DNA of 63,638 nt, the filler included, from Folioceros fuciformis (lineage: Eukaryota), in the NCBI GenBank assembly GCA_049999805.1. It is 4 parts of 3 records of this genome, joined end to end, with 100 filler letters (N's around TTAATTAATTAA, not from the genome) between each part and the next. Parts side by side here need not be neighbours in the genome. Positions count along the whole stretch, not along the records: positions 27,881 to 49,377 come from JBNGIO010006191.1; 3 more parts are not named here. One strand, given 5' to 3'. Numbering within the stretch: position 1 is the stretch's first letter; every line of letters starts with the position of its first letter. Of the stretch, positions 28,194-39,824 are shown in pieces. The notes under the pieces were generated by a model that saw only the letters and a list, made by a program, of their open reading frames with translations, did no database searches and was not told the origin of the DNA. The position numbers and the translations under genes are program-made.

Positions 28194-31100
28194 ATGACGT
28201 CATTAGAAAACGTCATGTTCAATATCGAGAAGTTAGAGGGTACTAACTTCCCATTCTGGAAAGAACAAGTGTATGTTCTAGTGTAGAAGAAGCAGATCAA
28301 GCCCATAAAGTTGCTAGGAGTGAACCCTATTAGCATGTCTCAGGATGAGTGGCAGGATCTAGATGAGCTTGCTAGATTTACCATCATGCTAACATTGTTG
28401 AAGTCGGTCTACTTCAATGTGAAAGACAAGACCACAAGTTACGAGCTATGGCACAAGTTGTGTGACCTGTATGAGAAGCAAAGTGCGGCTTCTCAAGTGT
28501 ACTGGTTGAAACAACTAGTGGACTTGAAGATGAAGGAAGGGACGAGGATGCCCGATCATCTGAATGTGTTCAAAACCATTTTGAGCCAGCTCTCATATCA
28601 AGGTATCTCGTTCCCAGATTCCGTGAGATCTATGTTTCTGTTGGTCACATTACCAGAGAGTTGGGACACCTTTTATACACCTCTGAATAATTCCTCTCCT
28701 GCCAGTGGTCTTACCATTATAAATGTAGAAGGTAGCCTGTTAAGAAGAGAGGTGAACAGGAAGAATATGGAACCTTCGAAAGGTTCCAATGCCCTCATGG
28801 TGAGAGGAAGGTCCACTTCAAAGGGGAAGTACAAGGAGCAAAGTCTTTCCTATAGCAAATCTTGTAGTTGTAACAATGTTGAGTGTTACCATTGTCACAA
28901 AAAGGGTCACATCAAAAGGGACTGTGAGAAGTTTAAGAAGTACAAAGGAAAGGAGAAGAAGCAGAGCGACAACAAGGCAAGCTCAAGTATCAAGCCTAAC
29001 AAGGTGAATTCTATTGATGATGGAGANNNNNNNNNNNNNNNNNNNNNNNNNNNNNNNNNNNNNNNNNNNNNNNNNNNNNNNNNNNNNNNNNNNNNNNNNN
29101 NNNNNNNNNNNNNNNNNNNNNNNNNNACAAGGTGAATTCTATTGATGATGGAGATGTTCTTATCTCTTCTTCCTTCGATTCTGCACAATTGACAGCCGAG
29201 GATAGTCACTTATTCTCTAATTTGATAATTGACTCTAGAGCATCTTTCCATGTTACTCTGCATAGGGAGTGGTTTAACACCTATGATGCTACTAGGAAAG
29301 GATGTGTTTGGCTTGGAAATAACTACACATGCGAGATTGCAGGCATTGGTGATGTGCAGCTGAAGTTTGACAACGGATCTTCATTCATACCGAAGAATGA
29401 TAGGCATGTTCCGAAGTTGACAAAAATCATGATTAGCGTAGGACAGTTGGATGACGTTGGCTACCACTATTGGTTTGGGGATCATTCTTGGAAGATCTCC
29501 AAAGGTTCTCTTGTGTTAGTTGGCTACCACTATTGGTTTGGGGATCATTCTTGGAAGATCTCCAAAGGTTCTCTTGTGTTAGCTCGGGGATCGAAGTGTG
29601 GCACTTTGTGTCAATAGGATCGACTCCAATCTACGTGCAAGTGTAGGAGAGGAGAGGAGAGAAGAGAGGGTGGTATTGGTGATCACAACCATGAAAACAA
29701 TACACATCACCACTGTCTTACTATGGAGGTCCGAGGTCTCCATTTAAGTAGTACATTTAGGGCTACACAACTTCCAGGTTCAATATGGGATAATCTACAC
29801 TATCCTAAGTTCACTAATAACTAGAACTAGTCTAGTATGAACCCAACTGGGATAACTAACACCACATGAGTTTAGCTCATATAGAGCTCGATAACTCAAC
29901 ACTTTGTACTCACTTCAGGTAACCACTGTCAAGGATCATGTGATTTGTGTAACGGAACAGCCAAGTGTTTCCTTGTGGCATTGTCGGTTAGGACATATGT
30001 TTCAAAAAGGAATGAAGATCTTATCTCGTTTTGGTTATGTCCCTGCTTTCGACTTCTCCGACTTTTTCCGTGTGAAAGCACTGTTTGTATGGAAAACAAA
30101 CGAAATTGCCACATGGACAAACAATGGTGGAGAGTATGGAGTGTGGAGTGCGGAGTGTGGAGTGCCTAAGGATAGACAATGGTGGAGAGTATGTTTCGAA
30201 GGCTTTCCAGTCATTATGTGATTCCAAGGGAATCAAGAGAGAATTGACTGCCCCGTATACTACTCCCCAAATCGGTGTGGCTGAACGGATGAACAGGACC
30301 ATTCAGAAGAGGATGCGTAGTTTGTTGTCAAACTCTGGATTGCCTAATGGATTTTGAGCAGAAGCAGTGGCTACTGCGGTGCATCTTATTAACACATCTC
30401 CTAATGAGGCTGTGGATGAGCAGGTTCTAGAGGATATGTGGTCTGGAAAGAAGCCGTCATACAAGCATCTACGAGTGTTTGGTTGTGAGTCATACTACCA
30501 TGTTCCAAAGGAGTTTCGGGACAAGTTGGCACCCAAGTCCAAGAAATGTATTTTTCTTAGCTATGGTGAATTTGGTGAGATGGGATACCATTTGTGGGAT
30601 CCAGAAGCTAAGAGGGTTATTCGCAGCAATGACGTGCTGTTCAATGAGACCAAGATGCACAAGAAGCCTACTCCAACTGTGGAGGTGCGACGGGTGGTCG
30701 TCCAAGAAGATGGACTTGACCGTCCCGCGCAGGTTGAACGTCGTGATGTGCAGGAACTCGCTCCTCCACTTGTAGAAGAAGAGAGAGTGCAACTAGCTCC
30801 GGTCGAGGTACCTGTGCTTCGTAGGTCAGGAAGGATTTCACGTCCTCCTGACAGGTATGTTGCATCTCTTGATTATGTCATGCTGACGGATTGTGGGGAG
30901 TCCTCTTGTTATCAAGAGGCCATGTTAGTGACTGACAAGGACAAGTGGGAGAAGGTAATGCACTTGCAGATGGATTCGCTCCATAAGAACCAAACTTGGG
31001 AGTTGGTTCGGTTGCCTAGGGGCAAGAAGACATTGCCATGCAAATGGGTGTATAAGATGAAAGACATACCCCATTATGGCAAACCCAAGTACAAGACACG

Positions 31101-32789
31101 ATTGGTTACTAAGGGTTTTAAGCAACAGTAAGGTATTGACTTTGATGAGACTTTCTCACCAGTGGTCAACATGACCACCTTGCGATGTGTTCTTGCTCTA
31201 GTTGCGAGGAATGACATGGAACTTGTCCAGATGAATGTGAAGTTGGCATTTCTGCATAGTGATCTCTAGGAAGAGGATACATGCAGCAACCAGAGGGTTT
31301 CATTGAGAAGGGCAAAGAGAATCTAGTGTGTGCAGGTTAAAGAAGAGCCTTTATGGTTTGAAACAGGTACCCAGGGAGTGGTATTACAAGTTCCACTCAT
31401 TTCTGCTTTCTCAAGATTACAAACGTAGCGATGAGGATCATTGCCTCTATACAAAGCAAGCTAAGGATGGAAGCTTGCTCATTCTGGTCCTCTATGTGGA
31501 TGATATGCTAATTGCTGGGACTAACAGTGATGAGATTTCAGCGTTGAAGTCAAAGTTGAATGCTCGCTTTGACATGATAGACTTGGGAGAGGCAAGCCAT
31601 ATTCTTGGCATGCGTATTCGTCGAGACAGACATAAGCATTTGCTTTACTTGTCTTAGACTGAATACTTTAACAAGGTGCTTCAACATTTCAACATGGAGA
31701 AGAGGAAGATATTGAGTACTCCGATGCCTCCATATGTGAAACTTTCAAGCAAGGATTGCCCACAAGGTCTGTGGAGGACAAAGCTGAAATGGAGAAGGTT
31801 CCATACACATTAGCTATACGGAGTTTGATGTATGCAATGATTGCTACACGTCCTAACATTGCTTTTGCAGTGGGAGTGGTTAGCAGGTTTATGTCAAACC
31901 CTGGCAGGAAGCAATGGGAGGCAGTGAAAGGAGTTATGAGGTACTTAAATGGTACAAAAGCTTTGTGCATATGTTTTGGTAGTGAAGATGCATTTGTCGT
32001 GGGATATACGGATGCTGATTATGTAGGGGATATGGACAAAAGGAGGTCCACATCAGGTTATGTCTTCATGTGCACTAGAGGGGCAGTCTCATGGCGATCT
32101 CGGTTGCAATCGTGCATAACGCTATCTACCATAGAGGCCGAGTATGTTGTAATGGCTGAGGCTTGCAAGGAAGCCACGTAGCTTGCTCGTTTAGTGGGAG
32201 ATTTGGGGATCAAGGTTGAGCTGCCAGTGTTGCATTGTGATAGCCAGAGTGCTATCCAGTTGGCGAAGAATCTATTGTTTCATGCGAAGACCAAACATGT
32301 GGAAGTAAAGTATCACTTCATTCGAGAGGTGTTGAAAGACAAGAGGGTGTAGCTTATCAAAGTTCACACCAGTCAGAACCCTACAGATATTCTTACCAAG
32401 GGGCTCTCTTCGGAGCAATTCACATAAGCTCGGACACTCATGGGCATGAGGTAGACCACTCTCCTATGAAGGTAAATTGGCCTCTAAGTGGGAGGTTGTA
32501 GGGTTATTAAAGCCCAATGTGCTTAGACTAATGTGTTTAGTCTAAGATTAGTGTCTAGTTAAGTACCATTAATTTAGATTAGCTTAAGCTAATCTGTCGG
32601 AAGCTTCTTGCGCAGCTTTCCTATGCGCTTCTTGTGAAGCTTCCTAGGGAGCTCTTCTAGAGGGTATAAATACCCCCTTTTGCTCCCTTGCATATTGAGA
32701 CTCTATGTGAGGGTGTGACCTCTCTTTCTCCTCTCCTCCTTGCTTCCTCTTCTCCTCCTTCACCATGTGGCTCCTCTAGGGATCCTTCA
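28194..32789 (+). mobile_element. Degenerate Ty1/copia LTR retrotransposon (gag-PR-INT-RT-RH plus 3' LTR)
   Basis: gag (IEKLEGTNFPFWK, zinc knuckle CYHCHKKGHIKRDC), protease (IIDSRASFH), GAG-pre-integrase (LWHCRLGH), integrase (LRIDNGGEY, GVAERMNRT), RT (LKKSLYGLKQ, LYVDDMLI) and RNase H (YTDADY...RRSTSGY) in copia order, with stops and frameshifts. Polypurine tract aagtgggagg precedes an LTR at 32497-~32789 (TG...CA, TATAAA at about 32665). Confidence 0.93.
29609..29901. mobile_element. Solo LTR (293 bp) nested in copia pol
   Basis: Begins TGTCAA and ends CTCAACA; exact 5-bp TSD CTTTG at 29604-29608 and 29902-29906. Removing it restores host frame GSKCGTL-YSLQV. Confidence 0.88.
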
Positions 32790-32852
32790 TATACCTTGAT
32801 TGGCCTTATGTTAACCATATTCTTGAGCAAGGATGCATAGTCAAAGCAACAT

Positions 32853-35190
32853 TTGATTTCTTTTCGTCAGAGCTCTCCAAGGTGGGGTTCAGGGCTAAGT
32901 TGTCTAAATATAGGATTTGGTCCCCTTCAGGCATCACTCCCCCCTCCCCCTTCAATATCCAGGGGAGATATCACCGCTTCGCAGGGACTTCGAGTCTTGG
33001 GTGTTCCTATGGGACCTCCTAACTTTATTCATAGGGTTGTGGATGTAGCGTTGGATGAAGATTTGGCTTGTATCATGGAAAGTCTCAAGAAGTTAGGCAA
33101 TCAAGTTATGTAGGCTCTTGGGGACATCATATGTCCCGACACATTTGAGTGTGCCGTCGGTGATTTGGCTCAAAAGCAAGCTTCCTTGCCTGTCGCCTTT
33201 GGAGGGGTTGGCCTTTTGGCCATGGAGGCCTTTCCCCCAACTACTTTTCTTGTTAGCTAGTGTGGAGTGAAATTGTGTGTCCGAGGACATAATGAGGCCC
33301 ACATTCACCCTCTATGTCGTTATAGTCCTAGGATTCCATCCCAAGGGAATGGTTCGTGTCAAGTTGTTCTAAATTTATGACTTCTAGACTATCCATTGTC
33401 AGTTCCTATCCAGATGTACTCCACCACCATACTTGAGTTTACCAGCTTCGTCCCTAACTTTGCCATCGTAGGGAGTTCTGCAACCGTGGTAGTGGATTCA
33501 GCCACCATGGTAGTGGATTCTGTTACCATGGTGGGACCCACCCGTTCGGCGCACGTGCACGTTGCGGCACCTGGAGGACATGGGGTTTCTGGCCGCGCCC
33601 GTGAGGGAGCTACAGCATGAGCAGGCTAATTCTTATGCACACCCAGCCATTCTTTCGTTATTCTACAACCATATCTCATTGGTAGATGCAGATTAGGGCC
33701 AGCCACACTGCAGCGCCTCTTTGCATCTCCGATTCTTACTGATTTCACCACTCAATCTATCAGCAATCTTTCTCTGCACTTCTCAATCTCAATCATACAC
33801 ACTTCTCACACTCTCAATCTCCACTCAATACTCCTCCTTAAGCCACACAGACTCCTCAACACGATCTAGGTAGGCAGCGGGTTGAGAAAGGGCAAAATAA
33901 TAGTTGGACGGCTCACAAGAGTTTCACGAAACTCATCGTAGAAACTACATGTTTCTCTCTGTAGCTGGTTCCATGACGGCAGCTCCAACTACATGTAGGC
34001 TACGGCTCATGTGGCTAGAGCCACCGCAGTTACTAATCCCCTAACCCTCTTCGGCCTGCATGTTTCTCTCTTCACCCTGGCCCTAGCCTCATCCCTCACC
34101 CGCTTATACACTTGCGCCTGAAATTCTTCAGCATGGCAGCGCATGCTACTCCTCCCAACTACCACAACGGTCACACCCAATTGCCGAATCTCCACTTTCC
34201 CTGGCTTGGGCTTGTACATTCCCTATTCAACCACGGTTGTGGAATGGGCCACCTGCCTGCTACTCTGCACAACTATTGCTAATGAATGACCCCCCCTCCT
34301 TACATAGACAATTTCTATTCTAAAAATCCTAAGGCCCAAGGGCCTTCTAGCCTGGCCTTACATTCGCAATTCATGGCCCAAGAACTAATTATTTGCAAAA
34401 GGAAAAACAAACCAAATGCTAAGGAGTGGTATTACCATAGGCCAAGGACACTTTTAGTATAAAAGGCCTTGCCTTGGCAGTACTTGAACACTTTATCACT
34501 CAAAACACACACCCAAACAAAAAAATCATTCAAACCAACAATGTAGGGGAGGGTTATTGCACATGTGGTCTTCCACAGCTGGGCTTCCTCGGCTCCAATT
34601 TTGGCCTCTCATTTTTTGTTGCAAGATTCTTCTCTTCTTGAAGGTTTCATCTTAGGTGTTGAGAGCATTTTCTATTTACAAGTATTTCTTAGATAAGCAA
34701 GGGACTCTTTATCTTTCGAGATTCATGATGCTCGACGTCCTTTCATCTCCTTTTCTAAGGAAGGGTTAAGGGGTCTCTAGGCTTCCCTCTTAAATGGCCA
34801 AGCACTAAGAGCTCTTCTTTCATACTCTTCCATCCCTAGGTCAACTCAGGCTCGTATTTGCTCTTGTACTTTGTGCAATGGGGTTACACTTAGAGTCGAC
34901 CTTTTTTCACTAGGGGAACAAGTTTGTGTCGTTAATGTGGTTATTACAAATCCCACTAGCACATATCATCAACCCCTTGGATGGACGGCAGAGGGCTATG
35001 CAAGCCCCAAAGTCCATAAATATTTTCCTCTACAAGATAGGCATACTTCCATCCCCTTTCCCCTTTGTTCTTAAGTCTCATGGGGCTATGGGCAAGGACT
35101 TTTCAAAGTCCATCAAGGAGTACGCCAAGGTTTATGAGAGTCATGGGAATGGGGTTCTCTCTCTTTCCTTTATGGTGGCCTTCTTTTGAC
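32853..35190 (+). mobile_element. Decayed non-LTR retrotransposon with RT thumb and C-terminal restriction-like endonuclease remnants, interrupted by an LTR-like insert
   Basis: GLRVLGVPMG (RT domain 7 type) at about 32985, QASLPVAFGGVGL at about 33175, and RVDL...VVITNPT...KVHKY...PF..SHGAMG at 34890-35095. Confidence 0.6.
33315..34540 (-). mobile_element. Possible solo LTR / LTR-like insert within the LINE remnant
   Basis: Non-coding block with TG...CA ends (tgtcg... / ...aaaccaaca) separating the two halves of the LINE. Flanks ctcta/atgta match only 3 of 5, so the boundaries are uncertain. Confidence 0.35.
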
Positions 35191-35205
35191 CACATTTATC
35201 AATTG

Positions 35206-35397
35206 CTTTGCAAGCATTGGCTAATGTAGTTTTTAAAACAACAAGAAATGCAGGTCAACCAACTTCTTTGCAAGCATTGGCTAATATAGTTTTTAAAACA
35301 ACAATAAATACAGGTCAAGCAACTTCTTTGCAAGCATTGGTTAATATAGTTTTTAAAACAACAATAAATACAGGTCAAGCAACTTCTTTGCAAGCAT
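35206..35397. repeat. 60-bp tandem repeat, 3 units plus a partial unit
   Basis: ctttgcaagcattggctaatatagtttttaaaacaacaataaatacaggtcaagcaactt repeats at a 60-bp period. Confidence 0.92.
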
Positions 35398-35760
35398 GTG
35401 GTAGGTAAGCCATTTATTATTTGCACATGATGACATTTTGAAAACGATAATGATGTTGAATGGGGCTAGTTCTTGCTTTGGCCCGGCTTTGGGTTGTTCG
35501 ATCTCTTTTCACTTTTCATCTGTTTTTTATAATAAAGAGTAATGGTTCTATGGACTTCACAAACTGGGCTCAGAATAAGAGATACGTATGTGAGAGCTCC
35601 GGAGAAAATCCAAGAGACTTTGGCGACGATAGGTACAAACGTCTTACAGTGCCGAGAGCAGCCGTGATCGGCCTCGCGCACAATGTCAGGGCTCTATGGC
35701 TCACTGGCCACGAATTTGCCTCTCGTCGTCCCGACAGGTTGAGCTCATTTGCTCCCAGAC

Positions 35761-38139
35761 ATGGCTTCGCCAGCGCGACGCCTTTGCTCAAGATTGGGTG
35801 TTCGGGCTCACCCCACTTCAGGTTGTGAAGTCCTGGCGAGCAAAGCCTCCAGGTGCAGCAGTGCAGGGAGCCCAGCCTTTCCACAATCGAGCGAAATTGT
35901 GGGTGGGGACGGGCTTTCCACCGATGGTCTTCGCCCGGAGAGGGAAATGGAGCAGGAGTACTTGTGCCAAGAAGCTTTTCTGGACCCTACCGTGTGGTGG
36001 AACAACAAAAGAAAAAAGACGAGGTCCCGGTCTCCTCAATTCCGACGTAAGGGATCCGGTGAGGTGCTGTGGTTAGACTCTACGTTCAAGCCACCACCTT
36101 GGGTTCATGAGCAGCTTGTTTCCTTGGACATGCACAAGGCCCATGGCGCATCTCCTTCCGAATCGATCTCTCCCGTCAAGCCTCAGCCTGGCAGGCGCGC
36201 GGGATGGGAAATGGAAAGGGGCGTCGTAACGGCTGGAACCGTGAGGATGTTGTGTCAGCAGGGGAAGCTTTCTGACGCCGTTGGAGCCCTGGAATCCCTA
36301 GTGCATACAGATTTGATTATTTCTCAGTCTCTGTTTTACTCCGTGATCAAATTGTGTACAGCTAGGAAGGATTTGGTTGTGGGGCGGCGAGTTCATGATC
36401 TCACTTCCAAGCTTGGGTACGAGTCGAGTGCGTTCTTGGGGAACCATATCTTGCGCATGTATGCATGTGGAGGCAGTCTTCAGGAGGCCATGGATGTGTT
36501 CACCAGGGTGGGCAAGCCAGATATCTTCATGTGGTTTTCCATCATATCTGCCTATGCTAAGCACGGGAAGCCTAATGAAGCCATACAGCTCTACCATGAC
36601 ATGCGCAGGTCCGGAATGAAGGCGAATGGCCACGTGTTTGTAGCTGCCCTCCAGGCTTGTGCATTTGCTGCCGACCTGGAATCTGGCAGGAAATTGCACT
36701 GCGATGTGGTCCAGAGTGGCATTCCGATTAACTTGTTTATTGGCAACTGCCTGGTGGATATGTATGCCAAATGTGGCGAACTGAAAGATGCACGCCAGGT
36801 TTTTGACAGCATGGTCACGAAGGATGTGGTGACAGGGACTGTGCTGATTGCTGGGTATGCAAAATTTGGTGAACTGAAAGATGCACGCCAGGTTTTTGAT
36901 AGCTTGGCCACCAAGGATGTGGTGACATGGAATGCCCTGATTGGTGGGTATGCACAGCAAGGACTTGGGCATGAGGCACTTGTTGTGTATAGACAAATGG
37001 AGGAGGCGGGCCTCTTTTTGGCTGACGATGTTACTTTCGCTTGCCTCCTGAATGCCTGTGGAAGCACTGGCGCCTTACAGAAGGGCAGGCAACTGCACAC
37101 GCAGATTGTGGAAAGAGGACTGCTGGGAAACGTAGTGCTATGCACCTGCTTGGTGGACATGTATGCAAAATGTGGTGAACTGAAGGATGCACGCCAGGTT
37201 TTTGACAGCATGGCCACGAAGGATGTGGTGACGTGGACGGCCCTGATATCTGGGTATGGTACTTGTGATGATGGTCACAAGGCATTATCTTGCTTTGACG
37301 AGATGTTAGTTGCCGGTATTCAGCCTAATGATGCTACTTTTACTTGCCTTTTAGTAGCATGCAGTCATGAGGGACTTGTCCACGAGGGTCTCAAGCACTT
37401 TGATTCCATGACTAAAGAGCATGGCGTCAAACCTACTCTTGAGCACTACAATTGTATGATTGATCTTCTTGGGCGTGCAGGCCATCTAGAGAAAGCTGAG
37501 AAGATGCTATTGTCATATGAGGGACAAAGTGATGTAGTGGGGTTGACATCTCTGCTGAATGCCTGCAGAACCCATGGGGATATAGTGAGGGCCACGTGGT
37601 GCTTTGAAAGCATTGTTAGGCTGGACCCGCAGCGGGCACACGCATATGTGCTAATGGCCAATGTCTATGCCGATGCAGGCAGGTGGACGGATGTAGACAG
37701 GATTGAAACGCAGAGGAGGGTGGCAGGAGCTAATAAGAAGCCTGCGGTGGCGACCATAGAGGTGAATAAGGAGGTCCATAGATTTGTGGTAGGAGAAAGG
37801 AGAGAGGATATTGCGCTTAAGGTGGAGAGCACGAATGCACGTCTGAGGCAGGAAGGAGGCCATGTACCTCACACAAAGTTGGTGCTGAAGCCACTGTGTG
37901 ACAAGGAAAAGGAAGATCTGCTGTGCGGGCATGCTGAGAAGTTAGCTCTGGCGTTCGGCCTCTTGAACACTCCGAGTGGGACACCTCTGGTGGTAACGAA
38001 GAATCTTCTCATGTGCAGTGACTGCCACAGTTCCACGGAGATCATGTCAAGGCTCGAACAGAGGGACATTGTTGTACGGGATGGGCACCGAGTGCATCGT
38101 TTTGCAGCTGGTTGTTGCAGTTGTATGGGCCGAGCGTGA
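35761..38139 (+). CDS. PLS-class PPR protein with E1/E2 and DYW:KP-type deaminase-like domain (candidate organellar U-to-C RNA editing factor), with N-terminal PDF-like motif
   Basis: Single-exon ORF with P-L-S repeats (LVDMYAKCGELKDARQVFD...KDVVTW) and E motifs. DYW domain begins KKPAVATIEV, has HAEKLA and CSDCH zinc ligands, and ends CSCMGRA. Confidence 0.93.
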   Translation: MASPARRLCSRLGVRAHPTSGCEVLASKASRCSSAGSPAFPQSSEIVGGDGLSTDGLRPEREMEQEYLCQEAFLDPTVWWNNKRKKTRSRSPQFRRKGSGEVLWLDSTFKPPPWVHEQLVSLDMHKAHGASPSESISPVKPQPGRRAGWEMERGVVTAGTVRMLCQQGKLSDAVGALESLVHTDLIISQSLFYSVIKLCTARKDLVVGRRVHDLTSKLGYESSAFLGNHILRMYACGGSLQEAMDVFTRVGKPDIFMWFSIISAYAKHGKPNEAIQLYHDMRRSGMKANGHVFVAALQACAFAADLESGRKLHCDVVQSGIPINLFIGNCLVDMYAKCGELKDARQVFDSMVTKDVVTGTVLIAGYAKFGELKDARQVFDSLATKDVVTWNALIGGYAQQGLGHEALVVYRQMEEAGLFLADDVTFACLLNACGSTGALQKGRQLHTQIVERGLLGNVVLCTCLVDMYAKCGELKDARQVFDSMATKDVVTWTALISGYGTCDDGHKALSCFDEMLVAGIQPNDATFTCLLVACSHEGLVHEGLKHFDSMTKEHGVKPTLEHYNCMIDLLGRAGHLEKAEKMLLSYEGQSDVVGLTSLLNACRTHGDIVRATWCFESIVRLDPQRAHAYVLMANVYADAGRWTDVDRIETQRRVAGANKKPAVATIEVNKEVHRFVVGERREDIALKVESTNARLRQEGGHVPHTKLVLKPLCDKEKEDLLCGHAEKLALAFGLLNTPSGTPLVVTKNLLMCSDCHSSTEIMSRLEQRDIVVRDGHRVHRFAAGCCSCMGRA

Positions 38140-39824
38140 GAATATTGCTTTTGGGGTGAAGAGGTAATCTGAATCATACCTCGTGTAACACCCTCTAACC
38201 ATGACGAAAGTCATACCCTTCCCCTCGGAGAGCAGACACCCTCACCAGTTGCTGACATCACGGTGGTTACTGAGCGTTCCCCGAAATCAGGGATTGCAAA
38301 CTGCACCTGTCAATGCTGCTGAACTCTGACCGTTTGGAACTGTCTGGCTGTTCAGGTTACGGACAGACTACCATGGGAGCACATTCAAGACTTTGACCTG
38401 GAAGCAGCAGGAACGAAGTTCTTAGGAAATCTTGCAAGGTCCTCTTATGTCCGTGGCATAAAGGTAAACCATCTTTTGGTTGCGCTTATTTTGGCGGATC
38501 TTTTACCTGTGCAAAATTCAAGGTGGAGTGATGTGGTTCTCAGGTGAAAGGAACGCCGAATCGAAAAACCAGGAGAACAAAGGAATGTGGACCTGCCTCC
38601 AACCTAGAAGAAGAGGTCTATCATAGTTCGTTAAGGACGAATCTCGTCAACTTGTACTACGGCGAACCTAGCTACTTCCACCGCCAAAGAGCAGCCTTCG
38701 ATGCCCAGATGTTTAACCAAGGTATTCTTACAAATGTGCACAAAATGTGCGTCCAAGCTCAGATGTTTAATCAAGGTGTTCTTACAAATAAATGTGTCCA
38801 TTTGGTTTAAGCCATAGTTATCTCAGAGTTCCATCTAACAAAAAGCGTGCGAAACAAGTTTTGCGAGTTGATTTATGACCTTTCATGCCCCTGGTCCCCG
38901 AGGTTTGTGTTCTCGCCTCTCGACCCCACCCCAATAAGGAGGCGACGGCACACTGCCGTCGCCTGTTCTTCACCAACATCTTCACCCACAGGTAATGAGA
39001 TTAAATGGGAAAGACGGCCGGCTTCGATGTCGAGGTCACGACCGTGCGGCAGTCTCTCTCTCTAGCGTAGTACCACGTAGCATGGCACTACGTATGGCCT
39101 CCGTGTGCCATACGGAGTACCATGCTACCATTCCACCCCTTTCCCATTCGCCGCGACCTGCCATGCTACCATCTCCCCGTTTTCCGTTCGACGCGACTTG
39201 CATACCCCCATACCCGCACCCACGGGCCGTACCCATGCAGAAAGTCTGGACTACGTATCCACATCAGTTTAGGCATTTGAGCATATAGATACGGTCCATC
39301 ATATATATATATATACAAGTAGTGTTTACATTGCGTTTGTGCATTCTTCGTCCGTCTCCCATATATCGGATCACCCTGTTTTTTAGGTGGTCCGTCAGCA
39401 ATAGCCGCAGACCGAAACATCCGTCTTCGGCTATTGTCGATAGATCGTTTACCATTTCAGTAAGTCTTATTTATTATGACCGTTTTACATATTGAGTTGG
39501 TCTTCCCAGCATGGGAACACCGCCATATGTTCACGAGTATCAGGCAGTCTTTCACAAGAAAGCTCGCCTCCATTCCAACCCGCCTTCATCACAACCTGTC
39601 TTTTTTTGCAGCCCGCCTCGATTGCCGTCTTACGAGAATTGCATTGCTCACACTATTGTTTGCAGGCCATCCTTTCTCGCAAGCTGTCCTCTCCACAGGA
39701 CGGTTGCCTCGCTTGCGGCTTGAACAATTCTCACTTGCAGCTTAGACAACTCTCACTTGCAGCTTGGGCTTGGGCCTATTACTATTCCTCCTTGTTTAGG
39801 TTCAATTTTTTTCATTGAAGAACA

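Noticed and set aside
28998-29153. Repeated KVNSIDDG on both sides of a gap in copia gag
   Set aside because: Contig-end overlap around the N gap.
35206-35397. Regularly spaced repeats resembling a CRISPR array
   Set aside because: The units are contiguous 60-bp tandem copies with no unique spacers, the context is eukaryotic, and no cas genes are present.
38290-38810. Splice-like signals and short ORF downstream of the PPR gene
   Set aside because: No coding homology is evident; most simply a spliced 3' UTR or non-coding sequence.
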